64,000 nt of DNA, from the NCBI GenBank assembly GCA_027729635.1, contig JAQCEM010000010.1, positions 422 through 64,421 on the forward strand, given 5' to 3'. Shown one piece after another: positions 53,992 to 62,567 of this stretch. This DNA comes from Actinomycetota bacterium (GTDB taxonomy: Bacteria > Actinomycetota > Acidimicrobiia > Acidimicrobiales > Ilumatobacteraceae). The notes under the pieces are model-generated. The model saw nothing but the letters and a program-made list of their open reading frames with translations. It did not search any database and was not told the DNA's origin. Positions within the stretch are counted from its first letter, which is position 1. Every line of letters starts with the position of its first letter. The position numbers were made by a program, and so were the translations under genes.

Positions 53992-55095
53992 CTAGAAAGT
54001 GATGACAGCGCGAGCAACGTTGCCGCTCTCGAGCCCATGAACGGCGTCTTCCCAATTGGCAAGGGGAAAAGTTGCGCTCACGAGTTCGTCAAGCAACACT
54101 TCGCCGCGGCGGTACAGATCGATGATGTACGGAATGTCGCGTTGTGGACTAATGGTTCCGTAACGACAGCCGATGATGCCACGATCAACTTGTGTCAGAC
54201 GCGTGTACAGACCAGAGAATTCTGCGGTCTGACTAGTAACGCCGATGACGACAACGGTGCCTTCCCAATCGAGGCATTCAAGAGCATTGCGAGTTACTGC
54301 CGGATGAGCGACACAATCGAAAGCCCAGTTCACTCCGCCGGCATTGAACGGTCCGCGGGGCATTGACTCGTTAAAGGGCATGATGGCACCGACTTCGGCG
54401 ATGACGTCGGCGGTACGGCCATCTAAGAAGTGGGTCGCGCCAAACTGACGTGCGAGTGCTTCTTTTTCTGGAACGGTGTCAACCGCGATGATGGTGGTGG
54501 CGCCTTGTACCTTGAGTGCTTGGATGACGTTGAGTCCGACTCCACCAACACCAAACACAAGTGCCGACTGTCCACGCTTGACATTGGCACGATTGAAAAC
54601 CGCACCCATTCCGGTGACGACACCGCAACCAACAAGTGCAGCCGACGTGAGCGGAACATCTTTCGGAATCTTGACGCACTGCACATCACGTACGAGGGTT
54701 TTTTCAGCAAACGCACTGGTGGCAGCGAAGTTGTAAATGGGATCACCATTCAATGTGAATGGTTGACTCCAGTTACCAAGAGTTGCTCGACACGCCGTTG
54801 GTCGACCGTCCATGCAGTATTGACAAAATCCGCAGGCAGCAAGCGTAGCGATGATGACGTGGTCGCCGGGTTGAACATGGGTGACGGCATTGCCAACTTC
54901 GGCAACGACTCCGGCAGCCTCGTGGCCACACACGCCAGGAGAAGGAACGGGGTACATGCCGCTCATATATGAGATGTCGCTGTGGCACAGGCCGGCGGCT
55001 GCTACCTGAACCACGACTTCTCGTGGGCCAGGAGCGCGAAGTGTGAGTCCGTCGACTAGTTCGGTTGTGGTCCCGTTGTAAACGATGCCCTTCAT
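53992..55095 (-). CDS. Zn-dependent alcohol dehydrogenase (class III / MDR family)
   Basis: GLCHSDISY, GHEAAGVV, the structural Zn cluster C..C..C....C (CGFCQYCMDGRPTAC), and NAD motif VFGVGGVGL. The start is taken at ATG 55095 (MKGIVYNG). Confidence 0.85.
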   Translation of the reverse strand: MKGIVYNGTTTELVDGLTLRAPGPREVVVQVAAAGLCHSDISYMSGMYPVPSPGVCGHEAAGVVAEVGNAVTHVQPGDHVIIATLAACGFCQYCMDGRPTACRATLGNWSQPFTLNGDPIYNFAATSAFAEKTLVRDVQCVKIPKDVPLTSAALVGCGVVTGMGAVFNRANVKRGQSALVFGVGGVGLNVIQALKVQGATTIIAVDTVPEKEALARQFGATHFLDGRTADVIAEVGAIMPFNESMPRGPFNAGGVNWAFDCVAHPAVTRNALECLDWEGTVVVIGVTSQTAEFSGLYTRLTQVDRGIIGCRYGTISPQRDIPYIIDLYRRGEVLLDELVSATFPLANWEDAVHGLESGNVARAVITF

Positions 55096-55145
55096 GGATT
55101 TCCCCCTCAAACAGTGAAAGAACTCTAGTGCAGCGGCCTCGAAAA

Positions 55146-55162
55146 TCTGACGGCGAGTCAGA
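55146..55162. promoter_or_regulatory. operator-like palindrome TCTGAC-N5-GTCAGA (site 1 of 3) in the divergent ADH / TauD promoter region
   Basis: AAAATCTGACGGCGAGTCAGAAAGG lies 51 nt upstream of the ADH start and 12 nt upstream of the tracked TauD ATG. The same half-sites occur at 58813..58835 and 63751..63767. Confidence 0.55.
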
Positions 55163-55173
55163 AAGGTCTTTCA

Positions 55174-56025
55174 ATGGTGCCCGAACCGTTGTACGGTGCG
55201 CCTATGACCAATTTGATTTCTGGCTCAAAGATTGCAATTTCACCACTTCCGGGCGCTCTTGGGGCGGTCGTTGAGGGTCTTGAAGTCACCAAGTTGAGCG
55301 ACGAAGCCCTTGCCGAAATTGCGGTCGATCTGAAGGCGGCTTGGGCCGAACACCTAGTGCTGTTTTTCCCTGGAGCCAATTTGGCCCCCGCCGATCAAAT
55401 GCGCTTGGCGCGACTCTTCGGAAACCACATTGCGGCGACCACCGAAGCCGGTGGCGATTACCGCAACGCACCGTCTTTGCGCGATGAGGGATTCCCCGAA
55501 ATCTTGGTGTTGGACACAGAGCTGAAACTCGACCCTCGTCAGACCGCGGTGTGGCACACCGACGTGACTTTCACTGGTAATCCGCCAATCGGGTCGATGT
55601 TTGTGATGGAGATTGCCGCGACCTCTGGCGGCGACACCATGTGGTCGAATCAAATCAAGGCCTTCAATTCTTTGAGCACTCCGGTGCAAGATTTCATCAG
55701 CGGACTCAATGCCATGCATGGCCGTCCACCAAAGACCGGGACCGCAGTGCATCCGATGGTGCGGGAACATCACGTGACCGGCGAGAAAGTTCTGTTTGTT
55801 AATCGCGGTTGGACGAACTCGATTGTCGGATTAACGCCAATGGAGAGCATGCACCTCCTTGAGGTCATCAACCAGACGGCAGAACGACCCGAGTTGCAGA
55901 TTCGGTGGAAGTGGACCTCGGGCGATGCCGCACTGTGGGATAACCGTTACACAATGCATTACGCCTTAAATGATTACCACGGGCAACGCCGTCGTGCCCG
56001 TCGCGCCACGATCTACAACGTGTAA
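55174..56025 (+). CDS. TauD/TfdA-family Fe(II)/2-oxoglutarate-dependent dioxygenase (taurine/sulfonate or alkyl-sulfate type)
   Basis: WHTDVTF (the HxD iron ligands), ...GGDTMWSN..., HP.V..H..TG...LFVN, RRATI. The start could be 55174 or 55204. Confidence 0.85.
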   Translation: MVPEPLYGAPMTNLISGSKIAISPLPGALGAVVEGLEVTKLSDEALAEIAVDLKAAWAEHLVLFFPGANLAPADQMRLARLFGNHIAATTEAGGDYRNAPSLRDEGFPEILVLDTELKLDPRQTAVWHTDVTFTGNPPIGSMFVMEIAATSGGDTMWSNQIKAFNSLSTPVQDFISGLNAMHGRPPKTGTAVHPMVREHHVTGEKVLFVNRGWTNSIVGLTPMESMHLLEVINQTAERPELQIRWKWTSGDAALWDNRYTMHYALNDYHGQRRRARRATIYNV

Positions 56026-57582
56026 TTATCTAACAGAATTTCGCAGTTCAAATTTGAGAACTTTGCCGCTGGCGTTGGTGGGAAGTGCATCAACAAATGT
56101 GATGTATCGCGGAACCTTGTAGTTCGCCATTCGATTGCGCGCCCAATTCAACAGTTCGTCAATGTCAACGCGTTGATCATGGCGCTTCACCACGAATGCA
56201 TGTCCAACTTCGCCCATACGTTCGTTGGGGCGACCAACAATTGCGACTTGTGCAATTGCTGGATGATTCATGAATTCATTTTCAATTTCTGCCGGGTATG
56301 CATTAAAGCCTCCGACGATGAACATGTCTTTGAGTCGATCGGTGATCGTGATGTATCCATGTTCGTTCATGACACCAATGTCGCCAGTGTGTAGCCACCC
56401 ATCAGCATCGATTGTTTGTGCCGTGGCCTCTGGATCGGCAAAGTATCCAGGCATCACGTTGTAGCCACGGCAAACGATTTCGCCAGACTGTCCATGTGCT
56501 ACCTCAAGATTGTTTTCATCGACGACTCGAACTTCGACATCGGTGATTGCGCGACCACTGGTTGTTGAGATTGTGACGGGATCATCTTCGGCGCGACACA
56601 TTGTGACGGTGCCCGTTGATTCGGTGAGGCCGTACGCAGTCAAGATCACTTCAAAGTTCAATTCATCGCGCATTCGTTTGATCATCTCAACGGGAACAGC
56701 GGCAGCACCAGTGACAGCGAGACGTAACGAAGACAGATCAAACTTGGCCCGGTCGGGATGATTGAGAATTGTGAGATACAAAGTGGGTGGACCTGGAAGT
56801 GCCGAAATCTTTTCGTCGCTGATTTTTTGCAGAACCGATGGAACGTCAAAGACGGGTACGGGCACCATTGTGGCACCACGCAATAGGCATGCGAGGAAAC
56901 CGGCCTTGTATCCAAAGGTGTGAAAGAACGGGTTGACGATTAAGTAGCGGTCAGTCTCGTTCAGGCCAACAATGTTGGACCATTCAAGAAAGACGCGAAT
57001 TGTTTGATCGTGGCGCGACATCACGCCCTTTGGTTTTCCGGTTGTTCCGGATGTGAAAATGATGTCGCAGAGATCTTCTGGAAGTACTTGTGATTCGCGC
57101 TGTTTAACCAATGCGTCTGATGTCGTTGAGCCGCTGGTAATGAATTGCGACCAAGTCTGATCGTCGTTGGCGGCATTGCCTGAAATCACGATGATGTTCG
57201 AAAGGCATTCGGTGTTTTCGCCTGCCTGACGTAGCTCATTGACGTAGTTGGTGCCGAGAAAATCGTTGCAACAAAATAGAAACTTGGCGCCACTTCGTTC
57301 AATGACGTACGCCGCCTCGTGGCCCTTGAAGCGGGTGTTAATTGGTACTAAAACTCCACCGACCAGTTGAGCGCCAAGCGCAGCAAAAATCCATTCGGCA
57401 CTGTTGGGCGCCCAAATCGCAACGCGGTCACCATGTCCAAGACCTTGGGCAATGAAGGCGCGTGCTGCCGATTCGATTTCGTGGACGACTTCAATGAAAG
57501 ACCAACGTCGTGAGCCGTCAACTAAAGCTTCACGTTCGCCGAACTTCGCGGTGGCCCGCACTACTTGCGGGATGGTCAACAC
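56026..57582 (-). CDS. AMP-dependent fatty-acyl-CoA ligase (FadD-like)
   Basis: IIFTSGTTGKPKGV, YGLTE, LHTGDIG, ITDRLKDMFIVGGFNAYPAEIE, LPTNASGKVLK. Its stop abuts the TauD stop with no gap. Confidence 0.85.
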   Translation of the reverse strand: MLTIPQVVRATAKFGEREALVDGSRRWSFIEVVHEIESAARAFIAQGLGHGDRVAIWAPNSAEWIFAALGAQLVGGVLVPINTRFKGHEAAYVIERSGAKFLFCCNDFLGTNYVNELRQAGENTECLSNIIVISGNAANDDQTWSQFITSGSTTSDALVKQRESQVLPEDLCDIIFTSGTTGKPKGVMSRHDQTIRVFLEWSNIVGLNETDRYLIVNPFFHTFGYKAGFLACLLRGATMVPVPVFDVPSVLQKISDEKISALPGPPTLYLTILNHPDRAKFDLSSLRLAVTGAAAVPVEMIKRMRDELNFEVILTAYGLTESTGTVTMCRAEDDPVTISTTSGRAITDVEVRVVDENNLEVAHGQSGEIVCRGYNVMPGYFADPEATAQTIDADGWLHTGDIGVMNEHGYITITDRLKDMFIVGGFNAYPAEIENEFMNHPAIAQVAIVGRPNERMGEVGHAFVVKRHDQRVDIDELLNWARNRMANYKVPRYITFVDALPTNASGKVLKFELRNSVR

Positions 57583-57584
57583 AA

Positions 57585-58793
57585 TTACTTGAGGTGCGTA
57601 ATGCTGAGCATCTTGATGGCGTTGCCGCGCATCAACTTGTACACGACCTCATCGCTGAGTTCGCGGGTCTGCTCTGCAGCAATCTTGGCAGTGTGTGGCC
57701 ACGTCGAATCTGAGTGCGGGTAATCGCATTCAAAGGTGACATTGTCGACGCCGATTTCTTCGAGTGAACGCAAGCCGTGCGGGTCATCGAAGTAACAGCC
57801 GTAGATGTGCTCTTTGAACAACTGGCTCGGTGGAACCAAAACTTTGTCGGCGATGCCGCCCCAACCACGATTCTCTTCCCATACGTTGTTGGCGCGCTCG
57901 AGGATGTACGGAATCCAACCGATCTGGCCTTCGCTGTACGCAATTTTGAGATTGGGGAATTCGGTGAAGACACCACTCATGAGCCAATCGACCATGCTGA
58001 AGCAGCAGTTCGCGAACGTGAGTGTTGAGCCAACAGCTGCGGGCGCATCAGGTGAAGTGCTCGGCATCTTTGATCCTGAACCAATATGCATGTTGATTGT
58101 TGTTGCTGTTTCGTTACAAGCAGCGAAGAAGGGCTTCCAGTATCCATCTTTGTCATGGATACTGGGCAATCCGAGGTTGGTGGGGATTTCGCTGAAGCAC
58201 ACTGCGTGAACACCTCGTGCTGCGTTGCGACGTACTTCGGCAGCAGCAGCTACTGGGTCCCACAACGGAATAATGCACAACGGCAACATACGTCCGCCTG
58301 ATTCGCCACACCATTCTTCAACCATCCAGTCGTTGTACGCACGTACACACAACATGGCGAGTTCTTTGTCTTTGGCTTCGTAGAAAGTCTGTCCGCAGAA
58401 TCGCGGGAAGGTGGGGAAGCATAATGAAGCTTCAATGCCTGCAGTGTCCATGTCTTCGAGACGTTCTTTGAGTTTGTAACTACCTTGACGCATTTCGTCA
58501 TAGGTGATGCCCGCTAAGATGACTTCATCACGTGAGAAACCGACAGCGGTGTCGAGTCGAGTGAGTGGACGACGGAGGTCTTCGTAGAACCACCAATCGG
58601 CCAACGGGCCCTCTTCACCTTTTTCGCCGGGGATGGCGGTGAAGGTTCCACCGACGAACGTCATTTGCTTTACGGGCAGGCGGTGGACTCGTGGTCCGAC
58701 GTCGGCGTACTTCGAGGGAAGGCGGTCCGACCAGACAGTCGCTGGTTCAGTGATGTGGTCGTCAACCGAGATGATTTTTGGCAATTCGCGCAT
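57585..58793 (-). CDS. amidohydrolase-2 (ACMSD/LigW-like) family metal-dependent hydrolase or decarboxylase
   Basis: IISVDDHITEP (H-x-H-like metal site), ...NMHIGSG..., ECDYPHSDSTWP (the terminal D/H ligands). The start is taken at ATG 58793. It ends 2 nt before the FadD-like gene. Confidence 0.8.
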   Translation of the reverse strand: MRELPKIISVDDHITEPATVWSDRLPSKYADVGPRVHRLPVKQMTFVGGTFTAIPGEKGEEGPLADWWFYEDLRRPLTRLDTAVGFSRDEVILAGITYDEMRQGSYKLKERLEDMDTAGIEASLCFPTFPRFCGQTFYEAKDKELAMLCVRAYNDWMVEEWCGESGGRMLPLCIIPLWDPVAAAAEVRRNAARGVHAVCFSEIPTNLGLPSIHDKDGYWKPFFAACNETATTINMHIGSGSKMPSTSPDAPAAVGSTLTFANCCFSMVDWLMSGVFTEFPNLKIAYSEGQIGWIPYILERANNVWEENRGWGGIADKVLVPPSQLFKEHIYGCYFDDPHGLRSLEEIGVDNVTFECDYPHSDSTWPHTAKIAAEQTRELSDEVVYKLMRGNAIKMLSITHLK

Positions 58794-58812
58794 GAGTCTG
58801 AGGGTAGCACCC

Positions 58813-58835
58813 GAATCTGACGCCGCGTCAGATTC
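58813..58835. promoter_or_regulatory. operator-like perfect palindrome GAATCTGACGC-C-GCGTCAGATTC (site 2 of 3) in the divergent amidohydrolase / LLM promoter region
   Basis: 11-1-11 perfect inverted repeat, 20 nt upstream of the amidohydrolase ATG (58793) and 47-83 nt upstream of the LLM start candidates. Confidence 0.6.
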
Positions 58836-58917
58836 TGCGTGCAATGGGCGTTGTCGGCCTGAGGCGACCTACGCTCGGAGCATGGTTCCCCCTAAGCAGA
58901 CTCAAGCAAAGCCCCGA

Positions 58918-59799
58918 ATGACGGTCGGCGTGGCGTTGCCGCAAATGGCGACCGGTCTGGACCGAAATCGACTGGTGGAATGGTGCCGCGAAGTGGATTC
59001 GGGCCCATTTTCAAGTATTTCGGCAGGTGAACGCATCACTTTTCACAATTTGGACGGTTTTACCCTGTGTTCAGCGGCCGCGGTCCTGACCGAGCGAGTG
59101 CGAATTTTGGTCAACGTGGCGGTGCTGCCCTGGCATGCGCCGGCGCTCGTGGCCAAAGAACTGGCGTCAATGGATGTGGTGTCGGGCGGACGAGTTGAAG
59201 TGGCGGTCGGAGTGGGCGGACGTCAACAGGACTATGCCGCATTGGGTTCGCCATTTGCTGGCCGCCACAAACGACTCGATGAGGCAGTTTTTGAACTGAA
59301 GCGACTGTGGGCGGGCGGCGTCGCTGCTGATGGTGAGAAGGTGGGGCCTGCCCCGTTGCAGGCAGGTGGTCCGCCGGTCTTGGCGTCGGCAATGGGTCCG
59401 AAGTCGTTAGCTCGTGCGGCTCAGTGGGCTGTGGGCGTTAGCGGTTTTACGTTGTTGGGTGATTCTCGTGAAGCCGGACGACTATTTCGGGCGACAGAAA
59501 GTGCTTGGAATAACGCAGGTCGTACCGATAAGCCTCGATTAGTGACGGGGTCGTTTGTTGCACTTGGCGCGAATGCTGCTGAAACTTTGCGCGATTTTGC
59601 GGCAACGTACTTGCATGTGTTTTCACCTGATTTAGCGAAGTCATTATCAGAGGCGATGACGCTTAACGAGCAATCACGACTGGTTGACTTACTTGATCAA
59701 GTTGAAGCAGAAGGCGCAGACGAGTTCATTGTTGTTCCCGCAACTAGCGACCCTGCGATGATAGAAGAACTTGCTGAGGTTGTTGCTTCGCGTCAGTGA
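58918..59799 (+). CDS. LLM-class flavin/F420-dependent oxidoreductase
   Basis: MTVGVALPQMATG...FSSISAGERITF...LASMDVVSGGRVEVAVGVGG shows a luciferase-like TIM-barrel pattern. The start is ATG 58918 or 58882. The tracked 58633 start overlaps the divergent gene and the operator. Confidence 0.75.
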   Translation: MTVGVALPQMATGLDRNRLVEWCREVDSGPFSSISAGERITFHNLDGFTLCSAAAVLTERVRILVNVAVLPWHAPALVAKELASMDVVSGGRVEVAVGVGGRQQDYAALGSPFAGRHKRLDEAVFELKRLWAGGVAADGEKVGPAPLQAGGPPVLASAMGPKSLARAAQWAVGVSGFTLLGDSREAGRLFRATESAWNNAGRTDKPRLVTGSFVALGANAAETLRDFAATYLHVFSPDLAKSLSEAMTLNEQSRLVDLLDQVEAEGADEFIVVPATSDPAMIEELAEVVASRQ

Positions 59800-60584
59800 T
59801 TGTTGTCGGGATTACGTTGCAGGTCCCAAACCATTCGGATTGCGACAATCAAAACAAGTGAAGCAAACAAAACATTGGAAAGATCTTGCGACATCTGATC
59901 GGCGATGATTCCTCCGCCAATTGCCGAGATGATTCCAGAGACACCGACGATGCTTGCGACACGCAGGTCAACGTTGTCGGCCTTCCAATTACGCCACGTT
60001 CCCATCATAGATGTTGGAATAATGACTGCAACTGACGTGCCCTTGGCAACGACGCTGAGTTCGCTAAAGAAAACAGACATCGCCGGAACCATGACGACGC
60101 CGCCGCCGATACCAAGTAAGCCGGCCAACGTTCCGGTGACGAAACCAATAAAGACAAGGGCAATCGCCGCAAAGACTGTCAAGGCTTCACGACCATCTGC
60201 GTTCAACGGAATGAACAAACGAATGGCGGTGATGAGAAGCATGACTGCAAAGAGATTGCCCAAAACTTTTTTGGGAAGAATGTGAATCCACTTGGTGCCA
60301 ACTACTGCACCAGCTAAGGCTCCAATGGCGAGCCACAACGCCATGAACCAGTCGACGTTGTCTTGGGTCCAGTAGGTAATGAGGCCTGCGACAGAGATTG
60401 GTAAAACTGCCCCAAGAGAAGTTCCGTTAGCAAGGCGCTGATCAAACTTGAGGAGTAAAACAAAGGCCGGCACGATCAAAATGCCTCCACCGACGCCGAA
60501 CAGTCCTGAGAGCAAGCCGGCACCAAGACCGACGGCCAGAGCGATGGCGAGTCGCGATCTAGTTTCTGTCGCTTGAACTGTCAC
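59793..60584 (-). CDS. TauE/SafE (TSUP) family sulfite/organosulfonate exporter
   Basis: 263 aa with 7-8 TM segments and two internal repeats, each carrying GxGGG (LFGVGGGILIVP and LLGIGGGVVMVP). Confidence 0.8.
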   Translation of the reverse strand: MTVQATETRSRLAIALAVGLGAGLLSGLFGVGGGILIVPAFVLLLKFDQRLANGTSLGAVLPISVAGLITYWTQDNVDWFMALWLAIGALAGAVVGTKWIHILPKKVLGNLFAVMLLITAIRLFIPLNADGREALTVFAAIALVFIGFVTGTLAGLLGIGGGVVMVPAMSVFFSELSVVAKGTSVAVIIPTSMMGTWRNWKADNVDLRVASIVGVSGIISAIGGGIIADQMSQDLSNVLFASLVLIVAIRMVWDLQRNPDNNH

Positions 60585-60689
60585 ATAACAGTTCTAGTCG
60601 CTGGGGTGAACTGGCGGTGGCATATGCCGTCGCCGCGATTGGTGAAATATAAAGTTGGGGACTGTCCAAAAAAGAAAGTTGTGATTCTG

Positions 60690-61586
60690 ATGCGTAGATC
60701 TTTTGCACTTGGTGTCATTGTCGCCCTATCAGGTTTAGTGGCCTGCTCGAGTGGCGATAGTTCGAACAACGCCTCTGATCCTTCAGTTGTTGAAACGGAA
60801 GTACCGGTTACTGACGCTCCGACGACTGATGCTCCGGTGACCGAAGCTCCGACGACGACTGAAGTCACAGAACCGTTGCAAATTTTGGTGACGAATGATG
60901 ACGGTATTGGTGCCGATGGTATTGATGTGATCGTGCAGGCATTGCTGCAACTCGACAATGTTGAACTCACCGTCGTTGCGCCGCTTGAAAATCAAAGTGG
61001 TAGTGGCAGCAAAACGACCGAAGGTGCTTTGACGGTTACCGATGCGACAACCAAGAGCGGTTACGCCGCCAAAGCAGTTGCTGGTTTCCCTGCCGACAGC
61101 ATGGTGTGGGCCATTGATCAAGGCGGTATTGACTTTGTACCCGATCTTGTGGTCTCTGGAATTAACAATGGACAGAACTATTCGCTGGAAATCGTCTCGT
61201 TGTCGGGCACAGTTGGGGCGGCGCGCGCTGCAGCCCAGCGGAATATTCCATCAATTGCAGTGAGTCAGGGATTGGCTGATTCTCCGGATTATCCGACGGC
61301 AGCCGATGCAGCCGTGAAATGGATTGAGGAACATCGTGATGAACTGATCGCTCGTGCTGATGGAACCCCAGTGACCGAATTCGCCAGTATCAACGCTCCG
61401 ACGTGTGCTGAGGGCCTGAAAATTCGAGGAGTAATCGAAGTGCCGATTGAGTCAATGGGTACTCGTGATTACAACGCCAACAATTGTGCATCAACAGTTG
61501 AGCCCACTGGAGATGTGAGTGGCTTCCAAAATGGGTATGTCACGATTACCAAACTGCCCATCACCGGCGGACCATTCGCAGACTGA
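60690..61586 (+). CDS. surE: 5'/3'-nucleotidase SurE with a lipoprotein signal peptide and Thr/Pro/Ala linker
   Basis: MRRSFALGVIVALSGLVACSSGD (lipobox LVAC). Linker VTDAPTTDAPVTEAPTTTEVTEP. SurE core: ILVTNDDGIGADGI, SGINNGQN, SGTVGAA. Confidence 0.85.
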   Translation: MRRSFALGVIVALSGLVACSSGDSSNNASDPSVVETEVPVTDAPTTDAPVTEAPTTTEVTEPLQILVTNDDGIGADGIDVIVQALLQLDNVELTVVAPLENQSGSGSKTTEGALTVTDATTKSGYAAKAVAGFPADSMVWAIDQGGIDFVPDLVVSGINNGQNYSLEIVSLSGTVGAARAAAQRNIPSIAVSQGLADSPDYPTAADAAVKWIEEHRDELIARADGTPVTEFASINAPTCAEGLKIRGVIEVPIESMGTRDYNANNCASTVEPTGDVSGFQNGYVTITKLPITGGPFAD

Positions 61587-61600
61587 GATAACTGACCGAA

Positions 61601-62563
61601 CTATTTGCTGAGTACTGAAGCGCCAACGCGACGGCGATGGAAGGTTGCATCGCCGTAAGCGCGCATGAGCGCCCACGACTTCTTCATCCACAGTTGAAGA
61701 TCGGCTTCCCAGGTGTAACCAATGCCGCCGTGCACCTGCATGGTTGAACGACTCGCTCGGTAAGCGGCTTCACTGGCGAGAGCCTTGGCCATGCTGATGT
61801 CACGAGCTGCCGTCGCAGCACCAGTACTTGCGCTCCATGCGGCTCGGTAAGTAGGCGCTTTGGCGAATTCAACTTTGAGTAACGCATCAGACATGAGGTG
61901 TTTGACGGCTTGGAAAGACCCGATGGGCTTGCCGAATTGTTCGCGTTGACGCGCATATTCGGCAGCGACTTCGATCATGCGCTCTGATGCACCGATTAAA
62001 TAAGCGGCACTTGCGAGTGCCATGACATCTGATGCGGGTAGTCCGAAAACTTCAGCAGACGCACTTGTTTCAGTTCCGCCAGAAATGGTGAACAGTTGAC
62101 GTCCGCCGTCAATGCCATGAGCATCGCTGGTCGAAAAGCCAGTAATGACTGCTTCGTTGCGTAAAACAAGATTGGCAACTTGGGCGTGAGCAACATATGG
62201 AATGTTGTCAACCCAAAGTGTTGCAATCTGCGAACCGTCAACTAATGAGGGCCCCCACGAAGTATTCGCAAGTGCAGGTGCTGCCACCGCCATGTGTTCG
62301 AGCACCGGTCCGGGAACGCCTGCTCGACCTAATTCTTGGAATAACAAAATGGCATCAATCAACGTGCCACCCATTCCGCCGGCCGATTCGGAAACGAGCA
62401 TCGAGAGCACGCCCATCTCGGAGAGGCGGGTCCACAATTGTGGAATGTGTCCGGTGTGATTTTCCCAAGCCTCACGAACATGAGCGGGAGTGCACTCATT
62501 CGACAATAAATCGCGAAGACCCTCGGCGAAGAGGCGTTGATCATCGGTAAATGAAAATTTCAT
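61601..62563 (-). CDS. acyl-CoA dehydrogenase family protein (short, partner/beta-like subunit)
   Basis: 320 aa from ATG 62563 (MKFSFTDDQRLFAEGLRDL). ACAD fold (FGKPIGSFQAVKH, VHGGIGYTWE) with no recognisable E-G-T catalytic block. It starts 4 nt after the upstream ACAD gene ends. Confidence 0.85.
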   Translation of the reverse strand: MKFSFTDDQRLFAEGLRDLLSNECTPAHVREAWENHTGHIPQLWTRLSEMGVLSMLVSESAGGMGGTLIDAILLFQELGRAGVPGPVLEHMAVAAPALANTSWGPSLVDGSQIATLWVDNIPYVAHAQVANLVLRNEAVITGFSTSDAHGIDGGRQLFTISGGTETSASAEVFGLPASDVMALASAAYLIGASERMIEVAAEYARQREQFGKPIGSFQAVKHLMSDALLKVEFAKAPTYRAAWSASTGAATAARDISMAKALASEAAYRASRSTMQVHGGIGYTWEADLQLWMKKSWALMRAYGDATFHRRRVGASVLSK

Positions 62564-62567
62564 GACG

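Noticed and set aside
58633-58917. Extension of the LLM oxidoreductase ORF to 58633
   Set aside because: It overlaps the divergent amidohydrolase start and the palindromic operator. The luciferase-like fold begins at MTVGVALPQ (ATG 58918).
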